32,000 nt of DNA from Gynuella sp. Lineage in GTDB: Bacteria; Pseudomonadota; Gammaproteobacteria; Pseudomonadales; Natronospirillaceae. Numbering within the stretch: position 1 is the stretch's first letter; each line of letters starts with the position of its first letter. This document shows positions 26,726 through 32,000 of the stretch, piece after piece. The DNA lies in NCBI GenBank assembly GCA_028282465.1, contig JANQHX010000021.1, forward strand, positions 2,437-34,436, given 5' to 3'. A program made the position numbers and the translations under genes. The notes below the pieces were generated by a model, which had not been told where the DNA came from, did not search any database, and saw nothing but the letters and a program-made list of their open reading frames with translations.

Positions 26726-27105
26726 ACCAAAATTTGCAAAATTTAAGGCTATAAACTATAAGCAAAAATCAATTTGAAGGAATGCCTTTACAAAGTTATT
26801 CAATCCTGGCATACCAAATTTACATACCCCAGGTTTTACATTCATTTAAGCTAATAAATAAGCATAACTTATTGATCAGCAAGCACTTTTTTCAATGACT
26901 CTTTTTTATCCTATTTAATAAAACAGGCTTATTTGCTGGGTTTAGAGGCTTTTTACCTGGGCTATTCACAGAATTATCCACAGAAACTGTGAATAAGTTA
27001 TATTTTTGTAGCTTTACGTAACACATACTTTACTCAGTTAATTATCTGCTATATCCGGGTGGTAATAAAATAAACCATGCGTGTTACAGACTTGACATGG
27101 TGTTA

Positions 27106-28683
27106 CTATAATTCCCAGATTCCTCCTTGGTTGGTGCAGGCTGTGGATAATCTATTTTGTGCTTCATTAATGGTTTCATTATTTGGCCGCAACGGGTTCT
27201 GATAATGGAAAATTCTGGTTTCTGTGATGTCCTGGGTGCAGGTTCCTATAAAAGTACCGGTTTCATTTGTGTCCTCATTTATCATCTGCCAGCTATTTCG
27301 ACATCTAGCCTCTAGCCACTCCAAATCATCTTGTGTTTCTCCTAACAGTAAGTTTTCTCGACCATCGCATTCACCGGGTGGAATCGAAAGTGCCCCTCCA
27401 TCCATGGTTTCGATACAGATATTCAAAGAATTTTGATCAAACAAGGAAACCACAGGTTGGCAGCTACCCGCTGCGCCATAAGTGGCTGGAACGGCTGTGT
27501 CGTCGCCTCTTCTTATGATGATTTCTCTGCCCCCTTGACCAATAAGCCCGTTAATATCCGTTGCTTGTACCACTACAAACCAGGTGCCTACGGCAGTGAG
27601 GGTAAAGGTTTGATTAGTTAATCCAGCTAATTCAAGTGCTTCCCGAGTCCAGGTTTGAATAACACCGTTAGGAGAGATGAGTTGTGCTGTCCATCCGGTG
27701 ATTTCCAAACTTTCTTGATGGCTGGCTGAAATGGCAATAGAAACATTTGACGGGGATTGAAACTGGTTGATCACTGGGGTTTCTGTCACGGTAACGTTCA
27801 CTGAGATAATTGGAGTTGCGGGTTGCAATGTGTCTAGTACTAGCGTGGCTAATACCGCTTCGGCTTCTAGGGCGTCTATGGTGTTGGTAGTAAGTGAACC
27901 TAAAAAATTGTCTTGATCACTGGTCGCGAGTTCAGCCATGGAAAAACTCGCGACTTCTACGCCATTCACATCCGTAACACTGATCAGTCCGGTATTCGTG
28001 TCAATGCTGAAATCAAGAAGCTCTATCATGCCATCAGTGTTAATAGGATTTTCTGATGGGTTGGCATCATATTCTTCGGTGAAGGGGTTTATCGGGTTTC
28101 CGGATGTATCAACCGGCCAAAGACTTCCCAGTGCTGCCGATAAATTATTAATGGCTGGTGCGACAGCGCTGTGATCATAACCTGTTTGCAAAGCGCTTAA
28201 ACAAGTGGCAGTAACAAAACAGGTTTCTGGGGTGGTGGAATACTCGCTGTTGAGATAAGCCCGAGTGATCAGGTCTGTCACTTCATTAATATTACTGCTT
28301 GAAGTGGTTGCGCCAGTTTCTGAACTAAACAGTGAATAGTAAGTGGTTTGCAATCCATCGGGAGCAATAAATTCACCCCTGACTAAGCCGCTGGTGACGG
28401 GGTTGTTCATGAGGTTGTATTCGCCTTGGGCATTGGCGGTTATACAATATTCAGTGGTGCCATCAGACGTGCAGACATCTGCAAATGCAGCGGCTTGTCC
28501 ATAAGCGACGACGCCAGAGAGAGTTACAGAATCAGTCACCTGATTAGTGTCATCGCCATCTGTACCTGGAGCACTGCTTCCGCCACCACCTCCTGAGCTA
28601 CAAGCAGACGTGCTTAAAATGATTAAAGACAAAACCAGCAGATGAAGAAAAGACGTCGGTTCAATGTGTCTGTTTGTAAACAT
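27106..28683 (-). CDS. Hypothetical lipoprotein
   Basis: Lipobox-type signal peptide (LLVLSLIILSTSACSSGGGGGSS); no other family recognised. Confidence 0.75.
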   Translation of the reverse strand: MFTNRHIEPTSFLHLLVLSLIILSTSACSSGGGGGSSAPGTDGDDTNQVTDSVTLSGVVAYGQAAAFADVCTSDGTTEYCITANAQGEYNLMNNPVTSGLVRGEFIAPDGLQTTYYSLFSSETGATTSSSNINEVTDLITRAYLNSEYSTTPETCFVTATCLSALQTGYDHSAVAPAINNLSAALGSLWPVDTSGNPINPFTEEYDANPSENPINTDGMIELLDFSIDTNTGLISVTDVNGVEVASFSMAELATSDQDNFLGSLTTNTIDALEAEAVLATLVLDTLQPATPIISVNVTVTETPVINQFQSPSNVSIAISASHQESLEITGWTAQLISPNGVIQTWTREALELAGLTNQTFTLTAVGTWFVVVQATDINGLIGQGGREIIIRRGDDTAVPATYGAAGSCQPVVSLFDQNSLNICIETMDGGALSIPPGECDGRENLLLGETQDDLEWLEARCRNSWQMINEDTNETGTFIGTCTQDITETRIFHYQNPLRPNNETINEAQNRLSTACTNQGGIWEL

Positions 28684-28891
28684 AGTTATTCACAGTCTGA
28701 TCATTCAGGATAAATAACTACTTCAACCCTCATGCCAGTGTGTAATATTGTATGATTCTCTGGGTAATATTTATAAGTATTTGTTTTATATGGATATTTT
28801 TAGCCAAAATTGGTTTATTCAGGGTCTGTAAAATAGGTCAAATTCATGACGGAGCGCAAAAATACCGTCATTTTCCCCAGACTTATTCACA

Positions 28892-28942
28892 GGATCATTC
28901 ATGAAATTCATTTTTGATCCAGTTCGAATTTCAATGAATTTC
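28892..28942. promoter_or_regulatory. Overlapping inverted repeats upstream of the 29036 gene
   Basis: GGATCA(28892-28897)/TGATCC(28915-28920) and GAAATTCATT(28903-28912)/AATGAATTTC(28933-28942), both perfect. Confidence 0.45.
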
Positions 28943-29035
28943 TCTTAAAACAGTGGTTAAGAGCCCACTTTTGAAATACTTTCTTTGCCATACTGGAATG
29001 GTCTAACACCTTTGCCTAACTAGAGGACGGCCCGA

Positions 29036-30511
29036 ATGGAAGGTCAATTTTTTAATTGGATGCAAGCGAATCCCACAGTGTTTTTTGGAACATTGTTACT
29101 GGTGATGTTGGCTTTGTATTTCTCGAAAAATGGTTTCTACGCAGCTTTTAGGAAGATAGCTTTGCTGCTGTCTGCCAGTTTAAGGCTGCAGTCTAGAGCA
29201 CTCATCACAATGACAGAGCAAATGAAGCAGCGTAACCGTGAAGTGTTATTGGAAATGGGACAGGCTCAAAAAGAACGAGATATTGAGCGTGAGTTTTACA
29301 GGGTAAATGCCATTGTGGATAGAGATTTAAGTGGCTACCCAGAATTACAAAAAGTCATATCAGAACACATCACCGCCATCGAAGAAGATTATCAAAAAAC
29401 TGGTGAATCACCGCCTCCTTCACCAGATTGGGTAGAAGCTGTGGAGGCGGTCGCCAACTTGAAAGAAGCTCATAAGGGCAATCCGGTGATCGCTAAAATA
29501 TTATCTGACTTGCATGAGTCGGTTATTGGTCAGCACAAACAGGCCTTGGGTGATTATCGGGAAGGCATAGCACAACGACATAGGCTGTTGCACTCCATGA
29601 TGCCCCATTGGCGCAAACTGAATAACGCAGTCGGTAGTGTTGGTAACAGTATTAAAGGTTTGTTGAAACACTCAGCAAAACTTGATGTTCATATGGATCA
29701 GTATGAACAAATACGACAGGGTTCTGAACAAGCTGAAAGGGCGTTACGTTCCTCTGCCAGTATAGATTTTCTATTTTCTGTACTGATTATTTTGTTAGCT
29801 ACCTGGGGCGCATTCTTCAACTTTCAGTTAATAGCTTTGCCTATGTCAGAAATGGTTGGAGGTACGTCGAGTAAATTTAATTTATTTGGACAAGTGGTTT
29901 CAGTTGCTCAGGTTGCTGGTGCATTTATTGTCATTCTGGAAGTGATATTAGGGGTTTTCCTAATGGAATGTTTGCACATTACTCGAATGTTTCCTGCACT
30001 TTCGAGCCTGGATGATCGCATTCGAAAAAGAATGATTTGGGCGCTGTTTATTTTCATGTTCTTCCTGGCGAGTATTGAGTCGGGTTTGGCATTTATGAGA
30101 GATCAAATCGCTGCTGCAGACGAAGCGTTAAAATTTTCACTTGGCTTGGGTGGTGAAGCGCCTGTGGCCAGCGACATCAGTCAAACCATTCCGTTAGCTG
30201 CAGCCATGATGCTGGGTTTCATGTTGCCATTTGCTTTAATGTTTGTAGCGATACCTATTGAAACTTTGTTTTTAACAGGAAGGGTCGTACTGTCGTCGAT
30301 ACTTGTTCAAGTATTACATCTGGCAGCGATACTGTTACGTTTGCTTGCCAATGCTATTAAAAATCTCGTGGAGTTCATTATTGCCGTTTATGACATTTTC
30401 ATATTTATTCCTTTATGGATAGAAGGGGCTGTGAAGTCTTTTCGGGAAGACTCAGCTAGACGCTCCGAAACATCATCGGTTTCTGAATCCAGTACAGAAT
30501 TGAGGCCATAA
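29036..30511 (+). CDS. Multi-pass membrane protein of unknown function with a cytosolic coiled-coil-like region
   Basis: N-terminal TM, ~200 aa soluble Glu/Lys/Gln-rich region, then about five TM segments (FLFSVLIILLATWGAFF; GAFIVILEVILGVFL; MIWALFIFMFFLASI; IPLAAAMMLGFMLPFALMFVAIPIETLF...). Confidence 0.75.
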   Translation: MEGQFFNWMQANPTVFFGTLLLVMLALYFSKNGFYAAFRKIALLLSASLRLQSRALITMTEQMKQRNREVLLEMGQAQKERDIEREFYRVNAIVDRDLSGYPELQKVISEHITAIEEDYQKTGESPPPSPDWVEAVEAVANLKEAHKGNPVIAKILSDLHESVIGQHKQALGDYREGIAQRHRLLHSMMPHWRKLNNAVGSVGNSIKGLLKHSAKLDVHMDQYEQIRQGSEQAERALRSSASIDFLFSVLIILLATWGAFFNFQLIALPMSEMVGGTSSKFNLFGQVVSVAQVAGAFIVILEVILGVFLMECLHITRMFPALSSLDDRIRKRMIWALFIFMFFLASIESGLAFMRDQIAAADEALKFSLGLGGEAPVASDISQTIPLAAAMMLGFMLPFALMFVAIPIETLFLTGRVVLSSILVQVLHLAAILLRLLANAIKNLVEFIIAVYDIFIFIPLWIEGAVKSFREDSARRSETSSVSESSTELRP

Positions 30512-30513
30512 AA

Positions 30514-31158
30514 ATGAGAAAGGGATTTTTAATCAGCTTACTATTTTTATTAAGTGCTTGTGCCAGTAATGAAAACTACAGTACAGCTGTTTACTTATTG
30601 TTGGATACTTCAGGCACCTATACTAAAGAACTTAGAAAAGCCCAAAACATTATCAATTATTATTTGGCAACTTTGGAAGCCGGCGACAGTTTTGCGGTTG
30701 CTCGAATCGACAGTGGCAGTTTTAGTGAGCGGGATATAATTGCCAAGGTTAAGTTTGATGACAAGCCTTCAAAGTCTAATGTTCAGAAGCGAGAGTTTGC
30801 CGAAATAATAGATAACTTTGTGTCAACCGTTGAAAGCGCATCCTATACCGATATTTCTGGGGGTTTGCTTCAAGCGCAAGAATACATCACTGAAACTGGG
30901 GCAGGGTATAAGCACATTTTAATTTATTCTGATTTGAAAGAAGAATTGCCTGACGGATTCAATCGAGATTTTGATCTTGAGCTGGATGGCTTTACGGTCA
31001 CTGCGTTAAACGTAACAAAGCTCAGAACAGATAATGTTGATCCGACTGAATACAAATCTAGATTGCTGTATTGGCAAGATCGCATCGAAAAAGCGGGGGG
31101 CTCCTGGCGTATGTTAAACGACCTCGAACGGGATGATGCGTTAGAGCTACCTAAGTAA
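30514..31158 (+). CDS. VWA-like (MIDAS-containing) lipoprotein
   Basis: Lipobox LLSAC; MIDAS-like motifs VYLLLDTSGT, SYTDISGGL, ILIYSDLKEE; starts 2 nt after the preceding stop. Confidence 0.75.
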   Translation: MRKGFLISLLFLLSACASNENYSTAVYLLLDTSGTYTKELRKAQNIINYYLATLEAGDSFAVARIDSGSFSERDIIAKVKFDDKPSKSNVQKREFAEIIDNFVSTVESASYTDISGGLLQAQEYITETGAGYKHILIYSDLKEELPDGFNRDFDLELDGFTVTALNVTKLRTDNVDPTEYKSRLLYWQDRIEKAGGSWRMLNDLERDDALELPK

Positions 31159-31250
31159 TCTTTTTCGCGACTTTAGCAACTTTAGCAACAAAGGCCTCAT
31201 TTTTTCGATTTGCCTTACAGTTTTCATTGATTTTACCCATTTGGTTGCTG

Positions 31251-31276
31251 GTTTAACCCTGTTCACAGGGTTAAAC
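31251..31276. promoter_or_regulatory. Perfect 11-bp stem / 4-nt loop hairpin upstream of the FKBP gene
   Basis: GTTTAACCCTG-TTCA-CAGGGTTAAAC; no T tract follows. Confidence 0.55.
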
Positions 31277-31316
31277 TCTGCGCTCGTTTTACACTCCTCC
31301 CTAGAAAGGAACTCCC

Positions 31317-32000
31317 ATGAAACAATTATACGTGCCTGCACTTGCTGGCCTGACTTTAGCGGCCTGTGTGCAAGCCGTTGAACTCAAGACTGATGATCAA
31401 AAGGCAAGTTACGGTATTGGCGTAAATATCGGTAGCCAGCTGGCTAATGAACAGTCTATCGAAGTGGATATTGATGCCTTAATCGAAGGTTTGAAGGATT
31501 CAATTGCAGGGTCTGACTTAGATCTTTCAGAAGAAGAAATTCGCGCTGCATTTGGTGCCATTCAACAAAAGGCTCAGGCTAAAGCCGAAGAAGACGCAAA
31601 AGCAGCACAAGCAGAAGCAGTTGATTTTCTGACTGCCAATGCCAAAAAAGACGGTGTGATAGAGCTGGTTCCAGGTAAATTGCAGTATAGCGTCATCACG
31701 GCTGGTGAAGGCGAGGCCAAGCCAACGGCTGCGGATACAGTTAAAACTCATTACCACGGCACCTTGATTGACGGTACTGTTTTCGACAGCTCAGTAGATC
31801 GTGGTCAACCTATTTCCTTCCCACTGAATGGTGTAATTCCTGGGTGGACTCAGGCGCTTCAAGAAATGACTACAGGTGACAAGTGGAAGTTATTCATCCA
31901 TCCTGACTTGGCTTATGGCGCACGTGGCAGCGGCGCAATTCCACCAAACTCAGCGCTAATCTTCGAAGTTGAATTACTCGAAATTAATCCTGCTGAATAA
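31317..32000 (+). CDS. FKBP-type peptidyl-prolyl cis-trans isomerase (Mip/FkpA-like)
   Basis: FKBP_N region (QKASYGIGVNIGSQLANEQ...) plus FKBP_C (VKTHYHGTLIDGTVFDSSVDRGQPISFPLNGVIPGWTQALQEMTTGDKWKLFIHPDLAYGARGSGAIPPNSALIFEVELLEI). Confidence 0.93.
   Translation: MKQLYVPALAGLTLAACVQAVELKTDDQKASYGIGVNIGSQLANEQSIEVDIDALIEGLKDSIAGSDLDLSEEEIRAAFGAIQQKAQAKAEEDAKAAQAEAVDFLTANAKKDGVIELVPGKLQYSVITAGEGEAKPTAADTVKTHYHGTLIDGTVFDSSVDRGQPISFPLNGVIPGWTQALQEMTTGDKWKLFIHPDLAYGARGSGAIPPNSALIFEVELLEINPAE

Noticed and set aside
26489-27105. Functional oriC or plasmid origin
   Set aside because: DnaA-box matches and AT-richness are real, but there is no dnaA/dnaN/gidA/rep gene or iteron array nearby. It is kept only as a DnaA-box cluster finding.
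27076-27105. Promoter-like TTGACA...TATAAT near 27090-27110
   Set aside because: The -35/-10 spacing is only 9 nt, far from the usual 16-18 nt.
31147-31341. 64-aa minus-strand ORF covering the 31251 hairpin
   Set aside because: It overlaps two well-supported plus-strand genes, has no family match and contains the inverted repeat.

Overview
This 32 kb window looks like chromosome of a marine-type gammaproteobacterium; that placement is an inference from gene content. Housekeeping-type genes are holC, a GldA/GldF/GldG-like ABC operon with a DUF4340 gene, mgsA, a VanZ-family gene, a CHASE2 class III cyclase, an SDR oxidoreductase, a PfkB kinase and an FKBP-type PPIase. Two clusters look potentially undescribed. 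(1) At 11100-17542, a KAP-family P-loop NTPase is translationally coupled to a protein with 13 near-identical WD40 repeats fused to an N-acetylmuramidase-like domain that appears to have lost its catalytic Glu. Divergent to this pair is a 3xSH3b-muramidase whose domain looks intact. The arrangement resembles a split NLR/STAND-type recognition system. (2) At 20275-25543, a tightly coupled five-gene minus-strand operon encodes a predicted outer-membrane beta-barrel protein, a TPR lipoprotein, a signal-peptide/TM-anchored FliG-like protein, a MotA-like protein and a MotB-like protein. No other flagellar genes are present, so it resembles a stand-alone envelope-spanning motor. Further observations are a 165-bp MITE-like element with about 24-bp terminal inverted repeats (8702-8866), a cluster of perfect DnaA-box matches with an AT-rich structured intergenic region (26606-28891), strong hairpins at 28892-28942 and 31251-31276, and a membrane protein/VWA-lipoprotein pair. 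No tRNA, rRNA or CRISPR array was recognised. All family assignments are by eye from the translated sequences; no search was run.
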